A DNA stretch of 64,000 bases. It comes from Eledone cirrhosa. Lineage: Eukaryota. Made by a program: the position numbers and the translations under genes. Positions within the stretch are counted from its first letter, which is position 1. The number at the start of each line of letters is the position of its first letter. Shown piece after piece: positions 28,300-42,112 of this stretch. The notes below the pieces were generated by a model, which searched no databases, was not told the DNA's origin, and worked only from the letters and a program-made list of their open reading frames with translations. The DNA lies in assembly GCA_964016885.1 (NCBI GenBank), contig OZ024741.1:93310001-93374000 (forward strand), read 5' to 3'.

Positions 28300-28995
28300 A
28301 GGGAATTATTGTTAAATATGGTTTCGTTATATGATAGATTAGAGATTCTATTTGATATTCCTTTAGTAATTGAGTTTAATATGGATTTAGGGTGGTTAGA
28401 GTTAATATCTACATAAAGTAGTTTTTCATTTGGTTTATGAAAGGGTGTATATATTTTAGAGTCCAGGTAAAGGGTAGCATCAAGGAAGTTAACGTTTTTA
28501 TCTAAGGTGATACCTAAGTTGAAGTTTTTGAAAATTTTATGTAATTGTTTCCTAGTTCGTTCTATATTAAATATTTAGTCATCATCGCGGTATAAACCAC
28601 CATCGAGGTAGGGTAGGTTCTTATGAATTTCATTTAAAGCCCACCTGCGCTGAGTCACTAGATACCATAGTTATGTCAAAGTTGTTATGTGTATCCTTGC
28701 GGGTCCATATTTGATCTTCAAATGTAATTATGGTTTTTCGGGCCACAAGGATGACATCAATTTTGGATCTAGTAAGGTCACTATTGTTCATAGCCATAAT
28801 TAATGCCTTATTTAATAGGATAGGGGAAATAGAGGTGTAGTATGAATTAATATCAAATTGTATAAATTTTTTATTTTTATTCTCTTTAATATCATTGAAC
28901 CATTCAATAACTTCACCAGTATTTCCCCACTGGTTAAGATATATTTTATGCTTAAATTGTGGGATGATTATATCTAATATTTTCTTGCTGATAAT
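28300..28995 (-). mobile_element. Naiad family 1 RT fragment
   Basis: GIISKKILD, QWGNT, FIQFDINSYYTSI, FDITMVSSDSAQV, GGLYRDD, NFLDATL, PFHKPN. Confidence 0.88.
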
Positions 28996-28999
28996 TCCA

Positions 29000-29670
29000 A
29001 TGCCTAATGTAATTTAGCGTACCATTCGGCTTTCTATACGGGTAGTGCAAGCCATTCGGCAAGTTGAGTGTTACATCGAGGAAGTTTACAACTGAAAGGT
29101 TGGCCTCAACTTGAATGGAGATGTTGAAGCCTTTAAAGAAAGCAATGAGTTCCTTCCTAAACCTGTCAATAGTGTGGGGTCCGCACTTGGTCATGGTCAA
29201 AGACCATCATCGCAGTACAGGCCTACATTAGAGAATTCCTCCTTGATTGAGAATAATAGGAATAGGCCAATGAGGTCTGTGACCTCTGCCAAATCGCTGG
29301 CACCCAGCGAATGGGGTACTAATTGATTTTTTTTAGGCCAAATAGAGTCGTCGGAATTTATCACTGAATTACAAACATTTAAGATGATATCAACTTCGAA
29401 ATCCTTAACCACTGTGAACGTTTTAGTGAAATTGATAGCTCTAAGAAGTGGTAAAATGATGGAAGAGTAGTAGTTGTTGATGTCAAATTGGATAAAATGG
29501 CAATGTTCCTTTTTGCATATGCCATTGAACCAATCACTGTGAAAGAATTATTCCACAAGGCTAGAGGGGCCATGCTTCTAATTTCGGGTATAATCCTATC
29601 TAAAATTATTTTACTAAGTCTACCTAAATCAGACTTCGTAGGGTTAATAAGTGAATAGATGGGTTGTTAA
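29000..29670 (-). mobile_element. Naiad family 2 RT fragment
   Basis: GASDLAEVTDLIGLFLL, GLYCDDGL, VNFLDVTLNL..PYRKPN. Confidence 0.85.
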
Positions 29671-30897
29671 AATTTGTTGTAAAGTTGAAACTTTTATCAA
29701 AACCTGTCCTGTTGATAGCCAGCGAACCTTGCAGTAGTACGGTAGATCAACACTACGTTTCCTCGTTTAAAGTTAGCATCTGCCTAAATTCACAATGACA
29801 CATTGCATTAACGCGAATATGGTTGACAATCACAATTGCTCTATCCAGAGTGTCTTGCAAAATGGTGGATTTTGCTGATGCAAAATGCAGTGAAATGATA
29901 TCAATTTTTTCAAGTTTAAGTTTTCCTTTTTTAATAAAGCAACAAATCCTTCTTTTTTACCTTTCATAGAGAGTGCGCCATCTGTGCAGACACTGACTAA
30001 ATTACTGACATTTAATTGTAATCGATGACATACCTCTCTGAAGTTTTCGAAAATGTTAACTCCGTGAGTTCTTCCAGTTAGTGTACCCAGCGCAAGAAGT
30101 TCTTCGTAACACTGAAAATCTTTAGTTACAGCACAAATAAAATATAAAACTTGCGCCAAGTCAGTTTTATCAGTGCTTTCATCCAAAGTAATTGAAAAAT
30201 AAATATCTTCATTTTGTATAATTGTACGAAGTTGCTCTGTTACATTTTGAGCTAATTTGTGCTGTCGATCTGTTATAGTTCTTCTTGAAAGAGGCAATTG
30301 TTTGTATTTATCAACATGGCCAATTATACGTTACTTTATCAAGGACACAAAATGGACTATCATCTATTATAACTATGTCTAGAGAAGTACGAAACGTAGT
30401 CTATGATTCTGTTTTTCAAAATTCATAATTTTTCATATTTTACATTTATATAATACTATATGTGTCTACTTTTAATTTTGATACAATAAATTGGTCTTTA
30501 ATTGGTTAATTTAACCAATCAATATCTATTTGATTTTTAACATATTTTTATTCATCACGCACAAAGAGCGAGTAACTTACTCATTAATTAAAACAATAAT
30601 AACTAGATTTCACAATGGCCGGTAGCAATACGAGACGAGACTGTCACAAGCATGTTACAAGATTGACAAGTCACAAGCGTCTTTTTTAGAACAGCCAATT
30701 GTAGAACACCACCTGGCATTCTACAATTGGCTATTACCACTAGTATTCACTGAAACTTACATTCATACCGTTCTTATTTAATTCCATTAATTTTTAAATT
30801 GTCGTAATCTAAATGATAAATTATTAATTAATACAAGAGCTAGCTTTTATGAAGGCCGCACAAGAAACTCACGGAGGCCGCAGGTTCCCCACCACTG
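29670..30897 (-). mobile_element. hAT (SPIN/GTF2IRD2-like) 5' portion with TIR
   Basis: TIR CAGTGGTGGGGAACCTGCGGCC at 30897, flanked by CACTATAC (central TA); LSRRTI, ITLDESTD, VCTDGALSM, FHCILHQQ. Confidence 0.88.
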
Positions 30898-31627
30898 CAC
30901 TATACTATGGCCTTCTATATTTATATCCTCTAGGATTTTAATAGTGGTTTTCTTATAGCCCCTATGTAGTTCTTTATATATAAATTTTCTATATGTATCA
31001 TAATCCAGGCTATATATATTATTAGTTTTATCAGCATGTACTAGAATTTTTTTTTTTTTATTAAATCCTTTAATAGTGGAGTTAAGGTTGTTTAAGAGGG
31101 TTTTGTTCCTATTATGATGTTTTCTGTACCTAACTAGTTTTATTAGATCATTTTCGAAAGAGTTTAATAAGGTGTTGTGAGGAGGGCTTTTAAAAGTTTT
31201 AAAGCTGTAAGAGTCGAAATTGTTTGCATCTCTGTTTTTGTCTGATCGGTTTCTATCATAATGGAATGTCCTCCATCTCACTCTATTGATAAAAGAGTTG
31301 ACACTATTAATCAATAATTTCTCATACGTATCTCTGGATGGTATTGGTATGTTCTTAGTAGACATAGGAAGATAATCTTTGATTAGCATATTGGTAATTT
31401 AATGTATGTTAGCTCAACAGTATGGAGCAGTTAATAATAATAATATTATTTATAGTTATGTATACACTATATACAACTATAAACATATAAAATATTCCTG
31501 CTCTGTAAAACATCTAATGTATTTACATTGAGCTATTTTTCTTTCTAGTAATAAGGTAGTAATTCATTACTGACCTTTCCTGTTGTATATAGTGTATACA
31601 TAACTATAAATAATATTATTATTATTA
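30898..31627 (-). mobile_element. Naiad family 1 5' fragment with inverted 5' repeat
   Basis: ORF 30847-31389 (MLIKDYLPMS..ADKTNNIY); perfect ~45-bp inverted repeat at ~31433-31477 / 31582-31627. Confidence 0.88.
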
Positions 31628-31638
31628 CATATACATAT

Positions 31639-32461
31639 GAAGAATTAGTATATCTGCCAACATATTTATACAGATGTATACTTACGCTAGCAAAGATATA
31701 GGTTTTGTCTTAGTAACTTTGTGGTTCAATACAAAGAGATGTAGAACAATTATATAAAAGACGTAAAATAAGAAAATTATAGTAATTAACTTACTTACTT
31801 AAATTTCATTCCAACTAATTAGTTTCTGAAAGGGGATATACATAGTCTTCAAATGGATACCATGGAGAATCCTTTCTTCATCAGGGAGTCATTCTCGGCT
31901 AAGATTCCTGGCAATACACGGACACAGGGAACTTATACAAAAATAATTCAGTGGATGGAAAAAAGCAAGCGCGGACTAAATTCCAAGACATTGAAAATTT
32001 CACTGCCTTCCTGGTCAGTCGCAAATTCTAAAGAATCAATCACGTAACATTGAGGTTAATCAGTGAGGAGTGGGGTGTTAAAAAGACAGTAGCCAAACTA
32101 ATACAATGAACCATAGTAATTTAGGCAAATTTTTGCTCAACAAAATAATTTGGAGATAATTATAAAGAATTAGTATATCTACCAACATATTTATACAGAT
32201 GTATACTTACGCTAGCAAAGATATAGGTTTTGTCTTAGTAACTTTGTGGTTCAATACAAAGAGATGTAGAACAATTATATAAAAGACGTAAAATAAGAAA
32301 ATTATAGTAATTAACTTACTTACTTAAATTTCACTCCAACTAATTAGTTTCTGAAAGGGGATTTACATAGTCTTCAAATGGAGACCATGGAAAATCCTTT
32401 CTTCATCAGGGAATCATTCTCGGCTAAGATTCCTGGCAATACGCGGACACAGAGAACTTAT
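31639..32461. repeat. ~300-bp direct duplication (31639-31937 and 32165-32461)
   Basis: AAGAATTAGTATATCT...GGACACAG(G/A)GAACTTATA occurs twice with few substitutions. Confidence 0.9.
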
Positions 32462-32581
32462 AAAAAAAATATGTTTTAACGGCTTGTAACTCTTTCATTA
32501 ATCTTTTTGCCTATATATATATATATATAAGCAAAACGATTAATGAAAGAGTTACAAGCCGTTAAAACATATTTTTTTATA
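32460..32581. repeat. Hairpin with ~50-bp arms around (TA)n
   Basis: AAAAAATATGTTTTAACGGCTTGTAACTCTTTCATTAATC / GATTAATGAAAGAGTTACAAGCCGTTAAAACATATTTTTT. Confidence 0.9.
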
Positions 32582-33099
32582 AAGCTCTTACATATGCTTC
32601 GCTCAATGGGGTAGTGAATTGGTTTATTTGGATTAATCTACTTGAGTGGATTCCGTTAACAACCAACCACTAATTTAATACGAGAAGAAACATGAATATT
32701 TTATCTTTATTTTTCTTTGTTGAGTGTAGATTTTTCCATGTGACATGATTTTTAGCAATGACTGAACAAGGAGTCGTTCGAACGAGTAAGAATAAACAAT
32801 TGCTTTTTATTTGTGTTTAAGGCGTGTGCATAATGATAGGTTAATATCGTACCTTGATAGAAATGGAAACAGTCCTGGCATGCAAGTGAGGTAGAGCTAC
32901 TTTTGACATAGTCGTGCCTGACCTAGTAGTCCAGGCAGCCAAAAGAGGAAAAAAGAGAGCAAGTCCTGAGATCTCGCCTATTTATTTTGTTTGCGGGAGG
33001 TAACTCGTAATAGTTCTGTTTTCAGCGCTAGATGTCACTACAGGGCTCTTCTGAGGCAATTATAAAGGTATTTAATAAAGTACCCTGTACGGGCAGAAA

Positions 33100-36000
33100 C
33101 ATTCAGAATGCATTATTACGTATATATTTCTTCATTTACTGCTAAGCAGTCTGAATTTTTGGGGGATAAGATTACTTTGGTTTTCATTTCTTCTGCTGTG
33201 CAATTATCAAAGATATCAGATTCCAAAGAATTATTGCATATGCATGCCTCAGGAATATCAATCATATCTTCTGCGACATTATCAAGAGAGCTTCGTAGAA
33301 ATCCACTTCCAAGTTGTAGTAGCGACCTCGAAAAATCTTGTTCATGTGTGAGTTTCATTTGATGAAAATGATCCCACTGGAGGAGCGTTTGAGGCAGACA
33401 TCAATACAGCTGCAGGTGGAGCTCTGGGAACAACTGTAAGAACTTGTCTAAAATCCCCTCCTAGTACGATGATTTTTCCACCATACTATCTCTATTCATA
33501 ATATCTCTTAAACATTTATCTATTGCATGCAAAGCATAAGCTGGTATCATTGAAGCTTTGTCAATAATGAACATTTTTACTCTCCCAAGAATGTTTCCTT
33601 GGTCAAAATTTGGAGGAACATTGCACACACTTGTTTCACTCAAAGGAACTGGAAGCTTGAATATACTGTGAAGAGTTTTACCACCTTTCAAGAGTGTTGC
33701 AGCAATGCCAGTCCAGGCAGATGTACTTACTGTTATATTGTTAGCAGTAACGTTATCGAAGATCGTATTGAACAAAAATGTTTTTCCTGATCCTCCCGGC
33801 GTATCTAAATTGAACAGTCTATTATTGGTTTCTTCTCCTCAGTTAACTGCTAATGCAGCATCAATCACGCAATTAAATACTTCTTTGTTCATTGTTCAAT
33901 AAATTTGGATCTATGATTGGGTTTTCAGCATAAGGTTCATTTGAAGGGGTTCTCTGACTGGTTCAGGAAGGCCAAACATGCTACAATGCATGCCATTTTC
34001 TCTAAATGTAGCATTCATCAACTGAAGATCAATATTTTCAGCTGTTGTGTTATTTGTCTGCAAAAGATCCTCAATCGTGAACTGTTTGTTTTCATTCCAC
34101 AGTTGTAAAGCATTGACGGGTTGACTAAAGAGCCAAATCATAGCAAACATGTTTAGAAGCTGTTGAGGCATTTGATATGCTGCTGCCTCTGTCAAAGTAT
34201 CTTGTAGTTCATTATCATCATCAGGAAGTCTCAATCTAATACACGCCACTTTGAAAGTTTTAAATTCTTCACCTTCAACAGTTCTTAAATCATTGAAAGA
34301 AGTCGCGCCAGGAATATACAGGAGTAGTATTCTCAAATGAAATTTTTCTGCATTACGTTACGTTGAGTACATTCTGGTTACAATATTATGGAAGCGTACT
34401 CGCCGAGTCTATTTGGTACTCTGTTTCTGAAACATATTGTTGAGGAATATCACAGTACAGAAGATTTCTAGCATTCTCGTCAGATTGGTTTAGCTTGAAC
34501 CAAGCGGTCAAATGTGTGTCACGCTCTTGTGCTCGTGCAGCTGCTTGTCATTGCTCTCCTTTTCTGTAGTACACTTGTTCATCAGGTAAATGCAGAGCCA
34601 AACGGTATACTGTGTGGGACTGCTCATGCATTTTGAACTCCGATAATTACCAAAATGCTTCAGGTGGAGACATGTACCTGCACAAAATATATTGTTTTAT
34701 TTCATTGTATTCATTTCCATTGATTTGTTTGTTGTTATTTGTAATATCATTCCTCACTTCCATCATTGCGCAATCATGTCCTTTATAGACATATTTGAAA
34801 AGATATTTCACACTTTTCACAGAAGAGCACACTTCAACGTTAATGTGTGCATGATATTTTTTCAATAGATACTTATTATATGGAACAACAAATCTATTGT
34901 CCACTTGATGAGTTCCTACTTGTACTGTGTTTCCAATGTTTCTCCGTCTGTAAGCCGGATATCCTGAAACATTGTTGATGGTATCTTCCTGATATTCCTT
35001 AGGGAATTTCTTCTGACATTGTCCGTCGACCATACAGACAGAATTCGGATTTGATACTGCGCAAGGTCCCTGTATCATCAGTGTTCGAACCAACTCCCTC
35101 AACTCCGGTTCTTCCATGGGCGGAATCTCAGCAGAGACAATGATATCAATTTGTTCTTTTGTTCTAATTTTATCTTCTTCATGCAACATGATAAGCATAT
35201 AAACAATGCGGAAGACCTCTTTTCTGAAATTCAATCACATGTATATGAGCAATGTGTATTTCTTTAATATCAATCATCAATTCATTAAGATGTAATTTGT
35301 AAACGCGCGCTACTAAATCTGACCTGTTTTGAGCTGTTTCGTGAGGCCCTAGGTTTTCGGTAATTTCTTGGCATTTTGGATTACAAGTATAAGTTATAAA
35401 TAGGTCAGGCTTTCCATATTTGCAAACTATCGCCATTGAGTCTTGATATGATTGTTGCATATTCTTTGGGCTCCCGGTGAAAGTTGAAGGCAGAATAACA
35501 GGGACTCCTGGCTCATCAATTTCATTGTTTCTAGCTAAGTGATCCATGAGGCTAGAGTACATTGCTACTCTTAATTGTGCTTGGTTATTTTCAATGAAAT
35601 TCAAGCGACATCCCTCTACTTTAACATATGCATCAACAATGTATTGCTGAAATAATTTTTCCGCCTGATGTATTACACTGAAACCACCTCTTGTGGCTAA
35701 GTGAAATTCGTAGAATTCCTGCATTGTTACTTTGTTACAAACTCTTGTTTGATGATGTTGTACATGCGACATGTTAATATGCCATCCTTGATCGCCATTT
35801 GGAAAGAGAAGAGGATATACCATGGGGTCTAAGTGGCAAGAAATGTACGATATTCTCTCTTTATGTTGTCCTATAGGATATACAATATCACGATGTAGTG
35901 GCGGTGCTCCATCTTCACCAACAAAAATTGCTGCAACCTGATTGTTTGTTGGATTATTGTATCTTCTTGCATCATGGCCTGCTATGAATTTTATGGTTAC

Positions 36001-36850
36001 TTTTCTAGAAGGGATATTTTCTATTGCAGCTCGCATTTGCTCGGGTATGGATTGCTTCATTTGTTTCAATGATTTAGAGCTGACCATATCTTCTCTGTTC
36101 ATTTTCGTTTGGATGCAAGTTGCTGGCATAATGATATATTTGACCTTGTAACCAGAAGCAATAAGCACCACGTCCCGGTGGAGGTTTGATATTGGCAAAT
36201 GCAAGGGCAGAATTATAATTTATGTTGTTCCTAAAATTAGATCCTTCGTGGTTATTTATATCAAATAATAGCCTAAGATTATCAGGATATTCTTGTAAAG
36301 CAAGAAGTAATACTTTTCCATTGTGGCAGCAATTCAGGGGCTCTCCTGAGAATCTTAGAGCTTCACAGTATTGACAAATGACATTCATATCACCAATATG
36401 GAATCGTAAAGGCTGCTCTTCATTTATGGCATTTTGTCACTGTTGAACTCTGTTTCTCATATTCTCAAGATAAAATTCTCTCTCCTCTGGATTCATGTCA
36501 TTTCTTCTCTCTTGAACTCTGTTTCTATTATTCTGTAGATAAGCCTCTCTCTCCTCTGGATTCATGTTAATTCTTCTATCATAATCTACGTTTCTTCTAT
36601 ACTGTAGATAAGCCTCTCTCTCCTCTGGATTCATGTTATTTCTTCTGTCATGATCTCTGCTTTTTCTATTCTGTAAAGCTTCTCTCTCCTCTTGGTTCAT
36701 ATCATTCCTCCTTTCTTGCATTTGTTCTCGATTACGGTCACGGATTGCTTGCCTCTCTTCTGCTCATAACCGTTGTCGTCATCTTCTTTGTCGCTCTCTC
36801 GCTGCCTCTCTTTGTTGTCTTATTCTATCTTCCATTTTTTAAAATGGTTG
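33100..36850 (-). mobile_element. Helitron 1 RepHel (degraded)
   Basis: CQYCEA..CCHNGKV, ILPSTFTGSP, GKPDLFITYTCNP, IEFQKRGLPH, KYLFKYVYKGHD, PGGSGKTF, AWTGIAATLL, GDFRQ; N-terminal 23-aa repeats. Confidence 0.95.
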
Positions 36851-37033
36851 TTTCAGTAATTATGAAGAACACCTAGCTGGTATAAGAAAGTGCTTAGAGA
36901 TGATGTTTGTCATAAATAAAAAACAAACAAACAAACTAACTGAGGGTAAAGCATTACCTGTTTGGCAGAGGTAAAAATAGTGTATTATCAATTTTCAACT
37001 TACCTCACGACAGTAATATAAACTATATAATTT

Positions 37034-37673
37034 TATGGTAATGATGAATCCTTGTTGGATAGTTTATCAATATAGACGTGAGGGAAAGTCCCTCGTCTAT
37101 TTACCATTTTCGTAAGTGAGAGGATAGGTACTCCATAGAATTATAACAAGTGAGTGGGTGTGTGTAGACAAGATAATAACCACGAGAGTTCTATTCAACA
37201 ATGTAAATAAGGATGATGTTTATTTTGTCTATTATGTGTTTGTTATATTACAAATGAAACAACATACCAATATAGACGTGATCAGTTGAAATGAAGGCAT
37301 CATCATCATCATCATTTAACGTCCATGTTCCACGCTTGCATGGGTTTGGACGGGAGTTTTCCCACTTGAGGCAAGAGTGGTTGTCTTGCTCGCATAGGAC
37401 TGTCTGAACGTATTACAATTGTCGTGGGTCATCAATGTGACGGGACCAGTAAAGTGAAGTCAGTTATGAGCCAGCTCAGCCAACACTATCCCTGTGGCTT
37501 CGGCATAGTTCAGTGTATTGACATCTGTGTGATCTCGTGGTCCAAAGGCTGTTTGCTGTCTCCGTGGCTTGTCTGAGAAAGTAATACTGCTGCTTACTTA
37601 GTGTTCTCAACCAGGGGGAGACAACTAGGCCTGGTCCATTATCCGACAGAGGGGCGTAAGGCGTCTTACTACA
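37034..37673 (-). mobile_element. Solo LTR of the CsRn1-like Gypsy, TSD ATTT
   Basis: Matches 24919-25530; ATTT at 37030-37033 and 37674-37677; carries a ~110-bp (CAT)n-tailed RTE/SINE 3' end at ~37298-37407. Confidence 0.93.
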
Positions 37674-37837
37674 ATTTCTTCTGTTGGGAGTTGAAGTCCT
37701 TCTTGGGCAGTGAATGATAAGACAATGAAAGAAAATATTTGGCGCAAGGCATTACGTCAAATTATTGTATGTATGAGACGGACTTTTTTCAACAGCATAT
37801 AAATTATTATGTAATTACTGAAAGCGTGACACACACG

Positions 37838-38082
37838 GTCGGACACTTTATTTCACATTGCTCCAGTTTACTCAGCTGTAGAAATGAGATGATAGAGACT
37901 GGGGTCCATATCATTCCATTGTAAAGTGGTCGTGTAGGTGCCACAGCAAAAAAGCACCCAGCATTCACTGTAAATGAGGTTGGTGTTAGGAAGGGCATCC
38001 AGCTGTAGAAATCAAGCCAGAATCAGTTCCCGTCCCACCCTTGCAAGCAGGGAAAAGCAGACGTAAAATGAAATGATGATGA
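37838..38082 (+). mobile_element. SINE, 5'-truncated, RTE-type tail
   Basis: Same family as 51298-51623; ends GACGTAAAATGAAATGATGATGA. Confidence 0.88.
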
Positions 38083-39343
38083 TAGTTCATTGCGACTTGC
38101 AGATTCCACCTCACGCACGTCAATCTCCCCCGAAAGTTAGCGCCAGCTTGTCTGACCCCTTGGGCGCAGGTCTAATTCCTTCCCCTGACCCTTTGAACCC
38201 AATTATCTTTGATATTCGCCTGGCCACCCTATGTAACCCTCTGTCACACGCACACACAATTAGTCCAGTTCCTTGTGTATTTTCGTTCAAATTTTTTTTG
38301 AGATTTACTAAACTATACATTTTTGGAAACGTTAGGATGTATTGAACACAAAAATCAATGTTGCCATTTTTTTAGGGTTCTGAACATGGCCGTCTTAGAG
38401 CTTCAAAATGGCGACAGTTTGAAATCTAAATTTACCAATATATTCACTTCCAAGCCATGTAGCCTTTTACTTTCAGTGGCTAAACTTACATTTTAAGGGG
38501 CCAGAAGTCTAGAGAAATTGACTACAATCACTTACATTTAACAAGAAAGATTTTTTAAATAAAAATACCAATTTTAATGACAAAAGTGCAAACACCACAT
38601 GCAAATATGATATTTCTTCTCTAGATCCACTCATAATCAGGATATCGAAGCACCAGTCAAACATAATAAAAATAAATTTGTCTTCACGTACCCTTTATTT
38701 TAATACATAAAACAAATAAAAATAAATTTGTCTTCACGTACACTTTATTTTAATACATAAAACAATTAATTCGTGGACACTTTGCTTTTGTCCATTTCAC
38801 GATAAGATCAGTCATGACTTTTAACAGGGAGGAATACAAATTTGTGCACACTTTGTTATTGCCACTTTTAGAACGGAATCAGTCATCACTCTCACTATCA
38901 GTATTACCCGAGTCAAGGTTTTCATAAACTCTTTCCGCGTCATTTTCACACTGTGTGATGCACAGGCAAAGGTCGGTGCACTGCAGATTCTTTGACTTGC
39001 AGGAACATCTTTGTGAGGAACAATCTCCCTTGCACTGGCATCTCACCATATCAATGATGGCTTTAGGTGCTGGAGGATCATCAGTAGTGGTTGGCCATCA
39101 TCTCCCTTGTAGTAGCCGTTCTGCATTGGATCAAGCGGAACTTGCTGGAGAGGGCTTGCCTGGCCCCAAACTCGTGCTTGCACATGTACCCTTAAGATAT
39201 GCTGCTTGAGGGCACCAACTGTAGGTGGTAACTTGTTGCTCTCTGACATGTATTTACAGAACAGGTACCATCGCAACTCTGGAATGCTTTTGATTTGAAT
39301 TCCCTTTGGACTGTAGGCAGGACACACAAAACTTTCCAAGCTT
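38083..39343 (-). mobile_element. Academ-like DNA transposon 3' portion (Cys-rich C-terminus)
   Basis: LPPTVGALKQHILRVHVQARVW, CQCKGDCSSQRCSCKSKNLQCTDLCLC; putative terminus TAGTTCATTGCGAC. Confidence 0.65.
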
Positions 39344-39344
39344 T

Positions 39345-40760
39345 AGGTTGTTTGCGTTTCGGGGATTGTGGGGGTGGTGTCGATGTTACTGTTGGTGCTG
39401 ATGTTATTGGGGAAGTGTTTGCGTTAGTGGTGTCTGTATTTTTTGTTGTGTATGTTTTTGTGTTTTGTTGGGGCTTTTTTTGGGTGAGTTTTCTGGTCTT
39501 TTTTGCACTTTTGGGTTTTCCATCATCTTCGCTGCTGGAAGACAAAGGGTCTGTGTCTGTGTTTATTGTTTTGTCTATGTGTATAATTGGGGGTAGAGGG
39601 AGTGGGAGAGCTTTCCTTGTTTTCCCCTTGGATTGGTTTTGGTGTTGGTGGTGATCCGGCTGTTTTTGATGTTGGTGTCCGTGTCTTTGGTGGTGGTGGT
39701 GCAGCTTTCCGTGCTGACACTGGCATTGGCAACAAAGGAGGTTTGCGACGCCCTGCATTTTTGCGCTGAGGGCAGAAGGTTTGCAGATGCGTTGCTTCCC
39801 CGCAGACGAAGCAGCGTGGCCTTCCATCAGTGATTAGTTGGATTGTTGTCCCGTCTTGCAGGCGGGCAAAATCCGGGATGTTGTTCATGTCCTTCGGTTT
39901 CATTTGGAGAAGAATCTCCAGATCCATTCCGGACCAGTCCTCTCTCTCTGTCCTTTTGATATCCAGGAGGGTAGTGTCTGTCCCCTCCTCGATTACGCAT
40001 GTATGGAATGTGGACCTTTACTGTCCTTTTACCATGTAGGACGGATGCATGATAATGCATTCCGTTCTGCAGGGGGTCACCGAGTACTTAATAGTGAGGG
40101 CCTCGGTTTTGAACAGTACCGAGATGGTACCGAACTGTTTACCTCTTGCTTTATACTCTGTTACTTCCGATGTACTCCAAAGCAGCCTCGACCTCTGCTT
40201 GGCTGGCAAGTTCCACTTTTCGTGTCTGCAGCGAGAGTACACCGTCCTCCTTTGCATGGCCACTATTGCCTCGTCCGGTATGGTCAGGTTTGCCCAGGAC
40301 TTCTCCCGTTTAATTAGCCTCCACGCCTGGGTCCACTGTTCGTCTTTATCGCTAATATCAATATCAATATCCAATAAGCGCTTTGTTTTTGCTGCTGCTG
40401 CAGCAAATGTGGTGCTTCTGATGCTCTTGTCATTCTTGGTGTTGTTGTTGTTGTTTTGTTTGTTGATGTTGTTGCCACCGCCATCCGTGTTTACATTGAA
40501 GCTGTCGGTGTTATTGTCGTTTTCAGATGATATTGCTGCTAACACATAAGGTTGTGATGGTAGCTTTTGAGTTTTGCCTTCACATTCAGTAGAGTGGAGG
40601 ACAGGCATGATTGTAGCCGTCGTAGTCGTGGTGAAATCTACAGTGGCTGCTTTTAAACTTTTGACCTGAACGTTGTTTACCGTTTCAAGGTCGAAAATTT
40701 CCATTTTTTCTTTTGGTGGGGAAGCGATTTTTTTCGAAGTTTTTTTAAAAATAAATCTGA
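39345..40760 (-). mobile_element. LINE ORF1 (zinc knuckle; L1/Tx1-like), 3'-truncated
   Basis: ORF 40018-40704 then ITDGRPRCFVCGEATHLQTFC (CCHC) and a low-complexity Pro/Thr/Lys tail. Confidence 0.65.
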
Positions 40761-40929
40761 ATATTCGGGCTTAAAGCCCGAATATTAAGAGGTATATCCC
40801 TCTCTTGAAACCAAGATGTGTACCTTATGTTTCGTTAACGACAAGAAAATACAAAAAATGACACTTTAAAACAGCTTAAAGTTACGAACCTTTTGCCCCC
40901 CACAGATTTGTACTGTCTTCACACATGTG

Positions 40930-41690
40930 CGTCCAAAAACATAACAATAATAATAATAATGTTAATGGTAGGAACAATAATAGCAACACACACAACTATG
41001 AAGATAGACATAATGACACCCCCTTAGAGAAACTATCCTTCAACCCAGCTGACAAAACTTATAAGATGAGGAAAATTTATCCTACCAACTTACCTTTTAA
41101 TAAAAGGGTTTGTATACCACAACAAATAGATGGCGAGACAGAAGCACAGTTCACCATAGATAGAAATAAAATTAAACAAATAGTAGACCGGTATACTAAG
41201 ACACAAAGCAGACCAGAGGTCCAACAACTTTGAAGGAAACCTGTAAAAGGCTTAGTTAGCCTCAAGCAGCGCACAAGGGAAGGTGAGGTAGTGTGTCTAT
41301 CGACAGATAAATCTGGTAGGATGTCGATAGACAGCATGCTGAACTTCATCAAGGCTATGCAACCCCACATCACCTACATGAGCAAAATTATGCAACAAGC
41401 ACATGAGGGGAGAGAGAAGATCCTCAACGCTCACGTGATGATGTGGACCGACATCCTAAAGCCAAGCAGACACACTGCCAACAACTTCCAGGCGTCTAAC
41501 AATGACATACCACCCTTGTATGGGCTCCACAAAGACCATAAGACAGTCGACAATCTGACGACAGGACCACCAACAAGACCTGTATGCAGAGCCAATATCG
41601 CTAGCAAATACAGGATCTCCTACTTCCTCTCAATGGTTATACACCCCATAATTAAGATGTCCTCAGACGTATGTGACAGTACAGAGAGAG
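40930..41690 (+). mobile_element. Penelope-like element fragment (non-Naiad), pre-RT region
   Basis: TDKSGR, PPLYGLHKDHK, PPTRPVC, VCDSTE. Confidence 0.75.
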
Positions 41691-42112
41691 GGTGGTGCTG
41701 GTGGGAGTGGGAGGATTGATTAGGGTGATATTTGGTTAAGAGGTGCCTACTGACTGTAGGTTTTGCTTTGTACATAGGCAAGGCGGGACTTCTGTATTAT
41801 GGCGTGGCGCCAAAGATCTCGGTCCAGTGACATTGTCTTAGAGAGGTGCAAGTGTGTAGGGTCAGAATTTATCAAATCATCCCAGGTTTTTCTGGGTCTA
41901 CCTACTCTGTAACTCCCATCAATTTTGATCGCCCTGCACTTTTTTTATACATCTGTCATCTTTCATGCGCATCACGTGACCAACGTAGTCTTCTCTCAAG
42001 CAAACAGCATCTGATCCTTCTTATTCCTAATTTCTCATTTAGTTCATTTATGCTTTGCTATTCACTTATATTATATACGTATATATGTATGTATGTATAT
42101 ATATATATTTAT

